A stretch of DNA of 32,552 nt, taken from assembly GCA_050633245.1 (NCBI GenBank), contig JBOEGD010000014.1, forward strand, positions 73,981 through 106,532, written 5' to 3'. The stretch is from Calditrichia bacterium. GTDB lineage: Bacteria; Calditrichota; Calditrichia; RBG-13-44-9; J075. The notes beneath the pieces are model-generated. The model had not been told where the DNA came from. It made no database searches and was given only the letters and a program-made list of their open reading frames with translations. Made by a program: the position numbers and the translations under genes. Below, piece by piece: positions 7,889-16,720 of the stretch. Each line of letters starts with the position of its first letter. The stretch's first letter is position 1.

Positions 7889-9997
7889 TTACTTGTTAGC
7901 GAGCGCTTTCGGCTGAGCGGCAACCAATAGTTCTGTTCCCAGAATCTGGTCGAACTGCATCAGGCGATCGACAATCTGCATTCCCGAGACAATCTTTCCA
8001 ACCACGGTATGCCGGCCATTCAGGTGCGGCTGTGGCGTATGCGAAACAAAAATCTGGCTGCCACCGGTGTCTTTTCCGGCATGTGCCATTCCAACGGTGC
8101 CGCGCACATAGGGCAGCTGATTGTATTCGCAGGGCACGGAATAACCAGGGCCACCCCAGCCATCACCTCGCGGATCGCCCACTTGTGAAACAAATCCCGG
8201 AATAATTCGGTGGAAGTAGATCCCATTGTAAAAGTTGCTCTTTACCAACGAAACCAGATTCGCTACGTTCACCGGAGCGGCTTCAGGGTTAAGCTCTATA
8301 ACAAAATCTCCGCGTGTGGTAAAAAACTTAACGCGATAGCTTGAATCGACGCTGACCGGCTTAAAATCCCAGCGGGCAGCTTCTGCCATTCGCACGGCGG
8401 TTTTGGTCTCGCTGCTTGCTCCGCCAATTGTCTTAATCGCTTTTTCAGCCGCGTGACGCACGCTGGCATAAGGACTGATCAGTTCTTTCTCCAAAAAGCT
8501 AACGGCTCGTCTGTCCCCAATACTATCGAGTGCGGAAATTACCGGGACCAGTGCTTCAAGATCGCGCGGTGTTTCGAGTCTGCCGTAGGCGGCAATTAAC
8601 GGATCGACTGCGGCTTTTGCAAGATCGGGGTTCAGATTGGCAAAATAGTCTGCCAGAATGGAGGTCTGCGCCATGTCCGCAGTATTCAGCTGCTGTACAA
8701 AGTATTCTACAACCGGTGGCTTTTTGCGCCGTATGAGCGCTTCCAGTGCCAGCGTTTTTTGCGCCACATTATCGGTCTGAGCAAGTGCGACGAGCAGCTG
8801 CGTGGCTTTATCGACGGTTGTTTGATTTGCAGCGCGTCGATTGCTTGGATCGGTATCAGTTTCTATTTCTTTCAAAGTTTCAATGGCAAAGTAATTTTGC
8901 GGCCATGGCTTGTTCATCAAATCGCCTTCTACATTACGCAATGCTTCGTTGCCTTGCATGGTAGCAAGCACCGTCAATGCCTCGCCTCGTATTCGCCAGT
9001 CTTCTGCTTCGCGATACAATCGACGCATCTCGCGTCGGGTATACCAGTTGCGCAATGGCTTTCGGCCTAATTCCTGAATAGCAGTAACCTGCACGTTCAG
9101 GCTGGGGTCTTCCAGCATTTTCACCATTGGCTCCTGAAGCGTTTCTTCACCCATTGCACCAAATAACTCCAGAGCCGCGACGCGTACATACCAGGTAGAA
9201 TCTTCCAGCTGTTCGGTCAAGGCTCGTCTAAATTTTCGCGTTTTGTATGTGTTTATTAACTCGCGAACTTTTTCGTCCCGTTGATATTCCTTAATGGCAT
9301 CAGAGTTAATAAGACGTGCCATCTGAGACAGTCCTTTAAGACCATAGTAGCGAGTTAGCGCATTGCCATTTTCCAGCGCGCCACTAAAGTCTTCGAATGA
9401 ACGAAGAAGCCCAACGCGATACAGTCCGTACGTTGTACTCCAGGAAATCTCGGAATCGGTTGCTTCACGACGCAGAGCAGATAAATAGGGTGTTAACTTG
9501 TGCATGGACTTGCGGCGATATGCCAGCACACCGGCTGCCGTTGCAGCAGCCACCTGATAGGGCTTAATCGTGCTTTCCAGATAATCGCGGAGCTGCAGCG
9601 TCTGCCGCTCATCACCGCTTTTGCCCAGACCTTCAATCATCAGCACGCGTAAATTCTCATCGCGCTCGGACTGTAATGCTTCCGAAAGGTGTTTTGCAGC
9701 CTTGGGCGATTGCATCTGGCCAAGAGCAAATGCTGCCGCAGCACGAACAGAATTATCGCTGTCTTTTAGCTTATTAGCCACTTGAACAACTTTGGAGGTG
9801 TCCTGGAGACGTCCGACCACCTCAAGGGCGCGAGCCCGAACATTGGCTTTCGGACTATTCAGATAGCCGGTTATTGTCGGGTCATCCATCGTTCTGGAAT
9901 ACTCGATCTGAGTTAATTTTTGTAATGTCTTATCGTCTGAAGATTGGTTACACGATAGCAACAGTGCAAGTAAAAGCAGGATCCCAATGCGTATCAA
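7889..9997 (-). CDS. Lipoprotein with HEAT repeats and a C-terminal cyclophilin-type peptidyl-prolyl isomerase
   Basis: Lipobox LLSC; HEAT/PBS repeats (VRARALEVVG, VRAAAAFALG, VRVAALE); cyclophilin motifs FHRIIPGFVSQ, GGPGY, GMAH, GGSQ, HLNGRHT; TTG start with AGGAG SD. Confidence 0.9.
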   Translation of the reverse strand: MIRIGILLLLALLLSCNQSSDDKTLQKLTQIEYSRTMDDPTITGYLNSPKANVRARALEVVGRLQDTSKVVQVANKLKDSDNSVRAAAAFALGQMQSPKAAKHLSEALQSERDENLRVLMIEGLGKSGDERQTLQLRDYLESTIKPYQVAAATAAGVLAYRRKSMHKLTPYLSALRREATDSEISWSTTYGLYRVGLLRSFEDFSGALENGNALTRYYGLKGLSQMARLINSDAIKEYQRDEKVRELINTYKTRKFRRALTEQLEDSTWYVRVAALELFGAMGEETLQEPMVKMLEDPSLNVQVTAIQELGRKPLRNWYTRREMRRLYREAEDWRIRGEALTVLATMQGNEALRNVEGDLMNKPWPQNYFAIETLKEIETDTDPSNRRAANQTTVDKATQLLVALAQTDNVAQKTLALEALIRRKKPPVVEYFVQQLNTADMAQTSILADYFANLNPDLAKAAVDPLIAAYGRLETPRDLEALVPVISALDSIGDRRAVSFLEKELISPYASVRHAAEKAIKTIGGASSETKTAVRMAEAARWDFKPVSVDSSYRVKFFTTRGDFVIELNPEAAPVNVANLVSLVKSNFYNGIYFHRIIPGFVSQVGDPRGDGWGGPGYSVPCEYNQLPYVRGTVGMAHAGKDTGGSQIFVSHTPQPHLNGRHTVVGKIVSGMQIVDRLMQFDQILGTELLVAAQPKALANK

Positions 9998-10229
9998 TGC
10001 TGACTCCTGATAGTTAAGAATATTGTCGTTTGGTATAAATCATTTTCTATTGAAGCATTATACAATACGGTCATTAAAATTGCGAGTCGATCACAATCAC
10101 CAATGAATGCTCTAATATATTAGATTAATACCGAGAAATCTATGTGAGAAGAAACAAATCAGCTAACGAATGTTATCTCATCTTTAGTTATATTATTATC
10201 TTAAGCTACATCATTTTCGGGGACGGAGC

Positions 10230-10258
10230 TTGACAAAAGTCATCGCAATCAGTATATT
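10230..10258 (+). promoter_or_regulatory. Sigma70-type promoter of the yigZ-ABC operon
   Basis: TTGACA (10230-10235), 17-bp spacer, TATATT (10253-10258); 28 bp upstream of the yigZ ATG. Confidence 0.75.
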
Positions 10259-10286
10259 TTTCGGCACTTCCGGTTAGAAGCCTGAT

Positions 10287-10895
10287 ATGACAACAGAAAA
10301 GACGTTCACAATTGCCAAACCATTACGGCATGAATTAAAAATAAAGCGTTCTTCGTTCATTGGTTCAATCGCACCTGCAGAAAACAAGGATTCTGCCGAA
10401 GATTACATACAAACGATACGAACCGAATTTCAGGATGCCTCGCATAATTGCTTTGGATACCGCATAGATCGTCACGTGTTCCGATATTATGATGATGGTG
10501 AACCTGCCTCAACTGCCGGCAGGCCTATTCTGGCAATGATTGATAAATACGCTCTTTTAAAAAGTGCCGTGGTAGTAACCCGCTATTTCGGCGGAACCAA
10601 GCTGGGAATCGGCGGCCTGATCAGCGCGTATAGTCAATGTGCAGAAGAGACTATTCTCAGAGCAGAAAAAATTGAACTTATTGATTATCAGTATTATAAA
10701 CTGACATACTCATATAAGCTGGCACGCCAAATTGAATATATTGTGGCTCAATATCAGGGCGACATTTCAAAATCTGACTATCAGGCTGCTGTTACGTCTC
10801 ATCTGCGCATTCCATCCGCGGAGCGAGAACGGTTCGAAAAGGAATTAACTAATACTGGAAGCGGACGAATCGATATTAACCCCCTCGAGGGCTAA
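10287..10895 (+). CDS. yigZ: IMPACT/YigZ-family protein
   Basis: IKRSSFIG, ASHNCFGY, DDGEPASTAGRP, VTRYFGGTKLGIGGLISAY. Confidence 0.93.
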   Translation: MTTEKTFTIAKPLRHELKIKRSSFIGSIAPAENKDSAEDYIQTIRTEFQDASHNCFGYRIDRHVFRYYDDGEPASTAGRPILAMIDKYALLKSAVVVTRYFGGTKLGIGGLISAYSQCAEETILRAEKIELIDYQYYKLTYSYKLARQIEYIVAQYQGDISKSDYQAAVTSHLRIPSAERERFEKELTNTGSGRIDINPLEG

Positions 10896-11800
10896 TGCAT
10901 ATTAAAGCAAAGAACATCTTCAAAGAGTTCGACGATAAAGTCATTATCGAGAATATAAGCTGTGATGCTCGATCTGGCCACATTCTCGGAATTCTCGGCT
11001 CCGACGGCTCGGGCAAAACAACCGTTCTTCGAATGCTGATGAACATTGTTCAGCCAACAGAAGGCGAAATCACTTTCGACGATTTGCCAATAACCAAAGC
11101 GGTTCGCAACACCATTGGCTATATGCCTGAAGAGCGTGGGCTAAGGGAAAATGAGAGCATCTATCGCATTCTGGCTTTTCAGGCTCGACTGAAAAATCTC
11201 TCCCGCAAACGTGCGCATGTGGAAACCATTCGTCTGATCGACCGCTTTAAGCTGATAGATCAGATGGACGCACCAATTAGCACCCTCCCGGATGACATGC
11301 GTGAAAAACTGCATATCATGTCTACCATTATTCATAATCCGGATATTCTGATTCTTGACGAGCCGTTTAAGAACGTCAGTGAGAGCAATTGTACGCTTGT
11401 CTCAAAAATGCTGATGCGTTTTCGCGATGAAGGCAAAACGATTGTTATTGCTTCTGAAGATTTAAATGAAGCAGAGAAACTCTGTGATGAGGTCGTTCTT
11501 TTAAATGATGGGCAAACGGTGTTGCAAGGAGCAGTAGTTACGATTCTGGAGCGTTTTCAAGAGAACCTGGTTATCGTTGAGGGTCGAGACAATCTACAAT
11601 CTTTACGCAATATCCAGGGTGTTAAAAAGTTTTCGCTAAACCGGCAAACGGCAAAGATGTTTGTGGACAAGCGCATCCCCACTCAGAAGATTCTCGAAGT
11701 TATCACCAAATTGGTAGACGTAACGCGCATCGAAGTAAATCACCCCAATCTGAACGACATCTTTCTTGAAATCGTTCGCGGAAAGCCGCAGGGAGAATAG
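10895..11800 (+). CDS. ABC-2 type ATP-binding protein (NatA-like), catalytically degenerate
   Basis: Walker A GSDGSGKT, GYMPEERGL, Walker B ILILDEP, C-terminal PNLNDIF; signature, D-loop and H-switch are non-canonical; TAATG overlap with yigZ. Confidence 0.85.
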   Translation: MHIKAKNIFKEFDDKVIIENISCDARSGHILGILGSDGSGKTTVLRMLMNIVQPTEGEITFDDLPITKAVRNTIGYMPEERGLRENESIYRILAFQARLKNLSRKRAHVETIRLIDRFKLIDQMDAPISTLPDDMREKLHIMSTIIHNPDILILDEPFKNVSESNCTLVSKMLMRFRDEGKTIVIASEDLNEAEKLCDEVVLLNDGQTVLQGAVVTILERFQENLVIVEGRDNLQSLRNIQGVKKFSLNRQTAKMFVDKRIPTQKILEVITKLVDVTRIEVNHPNLNDIFLEIVRGKPQGE

Positions 11801-13300
11801 ATGGTACGTTTTTTTGCGATCAGCGGCTGGGAGTTTGTACAGCATCTGCGATCTCGCGGGTTTCTGTTATGGACGTTCATCTTTCCCGTCATTTTAGCAG
11901 CACTTATTTTGGTGCCTTCACTTTATTATTTGAATACCACCCAAAATCTGCAACGCACCGTCGGTTACGTTATGTCTGACAGTACCGGACACTTTCGTAG
12001 TCTTTCTGAGCGACTTGCACTTAATGTCGAAACTCAGGGAATTGGCCTTCCCACGCAGTTGGTGAAGGTCGAAGCCGATACCAGCGCACGCATGCAACAG
12101 GACTATCTGACCTTGGCTGCGATAAAGATAGAGCTTGACAGCCTGGAAGAAAGCTATATCGATATTCGTGAACGACGACGCTATATTTTTCAACGTCCCG
12201 CCTCCCGTAGCCGCGAAAAGCTATTGAACGAATCTTATAATCAGCTTATCACAACGCGCGAGCAAAAAGATCTGGCAACAATTGAATACACGCGCATGAA
12301 GCTGAAGCAGGATTCATTGATCCACAAAGCCGTTTTGGAACAAGCCGACAGCCTTTTATTCAAGCGCTCTATTGATGGCTATTTGGTTCTGGATAATGAT
12401 GATTTTCGCGAGGGTAATATTACCTTGCACTCACTTTTACCAGTCAGTTTTCTCGGCGTGGAAGACTTACTTCAATCGCTTCAGGTTCTTCTGGTGGAAG
12501 AGCGCATGCGCAAAGACGGTCTTACTGTTGGCAAGGTTGACGAATATCTACAGCCAATCAATATTGTACAGATGCAGGCTGATGATGCAGGCAAATATAA
12601 ATATCGTTTTCTGCTGAACTATGCGCTTCCCTTTTTGACAGTGCTGCTGTTAACCATTGCTATCTGGTCGGCTGGCAGCCTGCTGTTTAAAGCCGTAGCT
12701 TCAGAAAAGTCTAACCGAGTGCTGGAGATGATGCTGGGTTCGATAACCGATTCAACATATATAGCTACAAAAGTAGTTGGATGCGGATTTCTGTTGCTCT
12801 TTCAGCTGCTGGTTTGGTTCAATCTCATCTTCTTTCTAATTCTGATCAAGCTGATTCCGGTTGAGATGATTTCGTATTTTACGCTGTGGAATGCCGGAGT
12901 GTTTGTTATCTATGCACTACTGGGGTATCTGCTATATGCCGCGATCTTCCTCTCTTTGAGTTCGACCTCAACATCAACCGAAGATCGATTTTCGCTACAA
13001 AAAATTATGCGTATTCTAACGCTGTTGCCGCTGGTGTTAGGCCTGCTCGTGCTACAGTCTCCCGAGTCTGTTCTGGTGCGCTTTCTTTCATTCATTCCAT
13101 TATTGACGCCGGTCTTTATGCCGCTGCGAATTATGCTTAGCGCGCCTCCCGCAATCGATATCTATATCACTATTGGCATTATGATAATAATGCTTATATT
13201 ACTGTACTTATTTGCAGGAAAGATATTTAAAGCAACATCATTACAATATAACAAAAAAGCAGCCTGGCATTCTATACTACGAATGATCCAGGTTAGATAA
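11801..13300 (+). CDS. ABC-2 type permease (NatB-like) with an enlarged extracytoplasmic domain
   Basis: One N-terminal TM helix, long soluble loop, EKSNRVLEMML motif, about 6 C-terminal TM helices, SFIPLLTPVFMPLR. Confidence 0.87.
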   Translation: MVRFFAISGWEFVQHLRSRGFLLWTFIFPVILAALILVPSLYYLNTTQNLQRTVGYVMSDSTGHFRSLSERLALNVETQGIGLPTQLVKVEADTSARMQQDYLTLAAIKIELDSLEESYIDIRERRRYIFQRPASRSREKLLNESYNQLITTREQKDLATIEYTRMKLKQDSLIHKAVLEQADSLLFKRSIDGYLVLDNDDFREGNITLHSLLPVSFLGVEDLLQSLQVLLVEERMRKDGLTVGKVDEYLQPINIVQMQADDAGKYKYRFLLNYALPFLTVLLLTIAIWSAGSLLFKAVASEKSNRVLEMMLGSITDSTYIATKVVGCGFLLLFQLLVWFNLIFFLILIKLIPVEMISYFTLWNAGVFVIYALLGYLLYAAIFLSLSSTSTSTEDRFSLQKIMRILTLLPLVLGLLVLQSPESVLVRFLSFIPLLTPVFMPLRIMLSAPPAIDIYITIGIMIIMLILLYLFAGKIFKATSLQYNKKAAWHSILRMIQVR

Positions 13301-13363
13301 AGTTTAAGAGTTTAAACAAAGCCCCTCGAAAGCCTATATTATTAATCACACAGGAGAAGCAAC

Positions 13364-13702
13364 ATGGCAGGTAAGTTTGAAATCAAGAAAGCAAAAAATG
13401 GCCAGTTCCACTTCAATCTGAAGGCTGGCAATGGTCAGATCATCCTTTCCAGCGAGATGTATCCGGAAAAGGCTCGCGCTAAGACCGGTATCGAGTCCGT
13501 GCGAAAGAATGGCGTTGAGGCAAAGCGTTTCGAGCGTCTTGAGTCTAAAAAAGGCGATCCGTATTTTGTACTGAAAGCCGGCAACGGCCAGGTTATTGGT
13601 AAGAGCGAAATGTATTCCTCTAACTCCGCAATGGAAAACGGTATTGCTTCTGTAATGAAAAATGCCGGGGATGCTCCGATCAACGATATTTCCGATCAGT
13701 AA
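13364..13702 (+). CDS. yegP: YegP-family protein (tandem DUF1508)
   Basis: Two repeats of F-x-LKAGNGQ(I/V)I-x-x-SEMY...GIxSV; AGGAG SD. Confidence 0.92.
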   Translation: MAGKFEIKKAKNGQFHFNLKAGNGQIILSSEMYPEKARAKTGIESVRKNGVEAKRFERLESKKGDPYFVLKAGNGQVIGKSEMYSSNSAMENGIASVMKNAGDAPINDISDQ

Positions 13703-13715
13703 ATGCTATTTATTT

Positions 13716-13764
13716 CGAAACCCGGTGCATTGGATTTACTCCACGCCGGGTTTCGTGCTTTTTT
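13716..13764 (+). terminator. Intrinsic terminator after yegP
   Basis: CGAAACCCGG (13716-13725) pairs with CCGGGTTTCG (13746-13755), inner TGGA/TCCA pairing, followed by TGCTTTTTT. Confidence 0.75.
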
Positions 13765-13846
13765 ATTGTCCTGCCGCTTCATTCTTTTTACATTCCTGCC
13801 TCAATAGTTACACCGAGAGTCAATAAAATCTTCTGAGTCATCAACT

Positions 13847-14872
13847 ATGGATAAACAAACACGCGGCACAGTTCGCCCACTAAGTGTTGCCCCCATGATG
13901 GATCGCAGCGACCGTCACTATCGTGTATTCATGCGCAAAATTACGCGGGAAACGCTTTTATACACCGAGATGAAAACAACCGGTGCCATTTTGAATGGCA
14001 ATCGCGATAAAGTGTTGGGATTTAGTGAAGAAGAGCGTCCATTGTCTTTACAAATTGGTGGCGATAATCCAATAGATCTGGCTGCTTGTGCAAAGATAGC
14101 CGAAGAGTGGGGTTACGATGAGGTAAATATTAATGTGGGGTGTCCGAGCGACAGGGTTCAGCAGGGCCATTTTGGAGCTTGTCTGATGGCGAATCCTCAG
14201 CTGGTTGCCGATGGTGTTGCCGCGATGCGCGATGCGACCTCCCTTCCGGTTACAGTAAAGCATCGCATTGGTATCAATGGAATGGAAGAGTACGATCATC
14301 TGGTTCGCTTCGTTGCGACGGTTGCCGGCTCTGGTTGCGATCGCTTTAGTGCCCACGCCAGAATTGCCATCCTTGGTGGACTAAGCCCCAAGCAAAATCG
14401 TACCATTCCACCACTTCGTTATGATGATGTCTATAAACTGAAGCGTGAGTTTCCCGGTCTCGTTATCGAAATTAACGGTGGAATTCGCACACTCGAAGAA
14501 GCTGCAGCCCATCTGCTGGAAACCGATGCGGTGATGATTGGACGCGCAGCATACGACAACCCATTCCTGTTTGCCGAAGCAGATCGGTTGTTTTTTGGTA
14601 GCCAAGAACCGTTAACAACTCGTAGAAAGGTGCTGGAACAGATGGTGCCTTATCTGGAAGAACGGCTGGCAAAAGGAGATGTATTAACGCGCCTGGTAAG
14701 GCATATGCAGGGGTTGTTTTCCCACCAGATGGGCAACAAAGCATGGAAACAATTTCTGGGAAAGCGCGCTCCCAACCCGGATGCAGGTGCTCGAATTCTA
14801 CTTGAAGCGATGGAACACCTGCCAGCCGAAGTTCTGGACTTACTTCCCGGTGAGGCCATTGCTCAACCATAG
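13847..14872 (+). CDS. dusA: tRNA dihydrouridine(20/20a) synthase DusA
   Basis: SVAPMMD, LYTEM, NINVGCPSDRVQ, FGACLM, TVKHRIG, NRTIPPLRY, INGGI, MIGRAAY. Confidence 0.92.
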   Translation: MDKQTRGTVRPLSVAPMMDRSDRHYRVFMRKITRETLLYTEMKTTGAILNGNRDKVLGFSEEERPLSLQIGGDNPIDLAACAKIAEEWGYDEVNINVGCPSDRVQQGHFGACLMANPQLVADGVAAMRDATSLPVTVKHRIGINGMEEYDHLVRFVATVAGSGCDRFSAHARIAILGGLSPKQNRTIPPLRYDDVYKLKREFPGLVIEINGGIRTLEEAAAHLLETDAVMIGRAAYDNPFLFAEADRLFFGSQEPLTTRRKVLEQMVPYLEERLAKGDVLTRLVRHMQGLFSHQMGNKAWKQFLGKRAPNPDAGARILLEAMEHLPAEVLDLLPGEAIAQP

Positions 14873-14933
14873 GTTTGCCGGGTAACCTTCAGATCCAACT
14901 CCAACGGTAATCATCCAGTCATTAACTTTAGCA

Positions 14934-16430
14934 CTAATATTGAATTATTTCAGGGCCGTTCTTCGTTTTAGGCTCCTGCGCCTTTTCTTTAGGCGCTTCA
15001 GCTTTCTCGGCTTCTTCTTTTGGCTTCTTTTCTTCAACCGGCTTTTCTTTCTTTGCCGGTGGTTTCTCTTTTACATTCTGCTGCTTTTTACCACTGGGTT
15101 TCGGCTTAGCGGGTGGCTCGTCTTTCAGCGTTATCTGGTCTGCAAGCAGGGTAACGCTTTTAGCGATGTCCAGCATAACCTCCTTCGTTTGCCCAAAAGA
15201 TTTTTCTTTCTCAGGACCAGGTCCCATTGCGATAATTCGAAGGTGAACACCGTCTTTAAATAAATAGAGCTGTCTGATAATAATTTCCATCATGCCGGTA
15301 ATCCGGATACCGCCTTCAAGCTGAAAACAATTCCAGCCTTTTTTTTCATCATTCAATTGCTTTAGCGGGTTCGCTCGCCCGTTAATGCGAATCTTCTTTT
15401 TATCCTTATCAAAAAGATGAAAGAGGCGGCATATCAACAGTGAATCATTTAAAGCATCTACACCCTCGTTGGCATTTTCTACATAGGTCTGGAATTTTTT
15501 CGGGGTTACATGCTTAAGATCTGTTTTTTCTGTCAGCTTTTTGTCTGTTAAAACACCCTGAACAGCAATACTATAGTAATCGACACCCGCACGATCGTTC
15601 TTGGAACCGGCGTTCCCTTTGCGATTGATAATAATGGTATTCCAAATGCTGTCAGAGGAAAGACCTGTCATAAAGTTTGTAAAACCGTCCAGCGTTGCAC
15701 CAATCATGGCAAACATCAAATTATCTCGCTCTTCCGGTGGCAGAAAAAGTGTTTGTGAAGACCAATCTCCCGGAAGGTTCAACTCAAGCCCAAGCTGCTT
15801 ACTTCGCATAGCGGTTCGTGACTTCGGTCCGCCTTTCAGGCGCTCTTTCCTCCATTTTGCAATTGCCTGTTCAGCACCTTTTCCGTCAACAATATCATAA
15901 AAGCCGGCCCAGTCTATACGCGTTCTAAAACCACCAGATTTATCTGCAGTATCAGAGAATAGAACGTTAAAGGTTTTGTTTGGCGTTTTTTCCAGGCTAG
16001 GGCGTCGCACCTCCCCAACCCTGAACCTGTCGACTTTCGGAGCCTTTTTGCCCTCTTTGTTAATGATCATGATGTTTTTATTCGTTACGGCATAAATCGT
16101 CCGCACCCTATCATGCATAAAATTTGGGATAATTGATCTAAAGATCAGCGCCAGCAAGCCAGCAAGAAGAAAAACTGCGCCATAGTCAAGAACCTTTCGA
16201 ACTCCATCCATACTAAAAGGTCCACGCCAGTTCTGGTAATTGAGGTCAATCATTCCCAGGTAAAAAATAACAGCTGCAATCAAAAGCAAAAATGCGGCAA
16301 TGCGTTTAAGTAGATCGTAGGTCCTCAACCAAAAGCGGGAACCATCTTCCCCATTAGGTTGTCCCCACCAAATAATTTCTTCGCCACCCTTTAGTTCTTT
16401 ACGTAATATTGAATTGGCTACATTCAGCAT
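14934..16430 (-). CDS. Hypothetical membrane protein: bacterial PH-like N-terminal module, uncharacterised soluble domain and K/E/P-rich tail
   Basis: ELKGGEEIIWWGQP, two TM helices and YAVTNKNI pattern; low-complexity C-terminal tail; ATG 16430 has GGGA upstream; divergent from the putative sRNA. Confidence 0.7.
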   Translation of the reverse strand: MLNVANSILRKELKGGEEIIWWGQPNGEDGSRFWLRTYDLLKRIAAFLLLIAAVIFYLGMIDLNYQNWRGPFSMDGVRKVLDYGAVFLLAGLLALIFRSIIPNFMHDRVRTIYAVTNKNIMIINKEGKKAPKVDRFRVGEVRRPSLEKTPNKTFNVLFSDTADKSGGFRTRIDWAGFYDIVDGKGAEQAIAKWRKERLKGGPKSRTAMRSKQLGLELNLPGDWSSQTLFLPPEERDNLMFAMIGATLDGFTNFMTGLSSDSIWNTIIINRKGNAGSKNDRAGVDYYSIAVQGVLTDKKLTEKTDLKHVTPKKFQTYVENANEGVDALNDSLLICRLFHLFDKDKKKIRINGRANPLKQLNDEKKGWNCFQLEGGIRITGMMEIIIRQLYLFKDGVHLRIIAMGPGPEKEKSFGQTKEVMLDIAKSVTLLADQITLKDEPPAKPKPSGKKQQNVKEKPPAKKEKPVEEKKPKEEAEKAEAPKEKAQEPKTKNGPEIIQY

Positions 16431-16501
16431 TGAAAGTCCCAATGGTTTATGATAGAAAGTGTCTCTTTTTTACAGTTTAAATAATGTACAACAATCAAAA
16501 A

Positions 16502-16652
16502 GACAAATCCAGAGGCAACCTTCTCTCTCACAAAAGATTTTCCGACAAAAAATTGCAGGATATTTAGCCACACTCCGACAAATAGGTGAAAAACACACCA
16601 CGGGGCAGACAAAAGATTTAAGCTCAATGCAGAAAAAAGCCCATTTTCTGTA
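16502..16652. promoter_or_regulatory. Candidate upstream activator region of the sigma54 promoter
   Basis: GACAAA at 16502, 16544, 16577, 16608 (spacings 42/33/31); TCCGACAAA twice; CAAAAGATTT twice; inverted repeat CAGAAAA-N7-TTTTCTG (16630-16650). Confidence 0.35.
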
Positions 16653-16693
16653 TATTACTACCGCAATAAAGAATAAAATTCGAAACATACGAA

Positions 16694-16710
16694 CTGGCAC
16701 ATTCATTGCT
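16694..16710 (+). promoter_or_regulatory. Sigma54 (RpoN) -24/-12 promoter
   Basis: CTGGCAC-ATTCA-TTGCT matches YTGGCAC-N5-TTGCW with exact GG-N10-GC spacing (GG 16696-16697, GC 16708-16709); predicted +1 near 16721. Confidence 0.82.
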
Positions 16711-16720
16711 GTTGTATAAG

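Noticed and set aside
13847-14872. dusA as an island integration site
   Set aside because: No integrase, duplicated dusA fragment or att-like repeat is visible.
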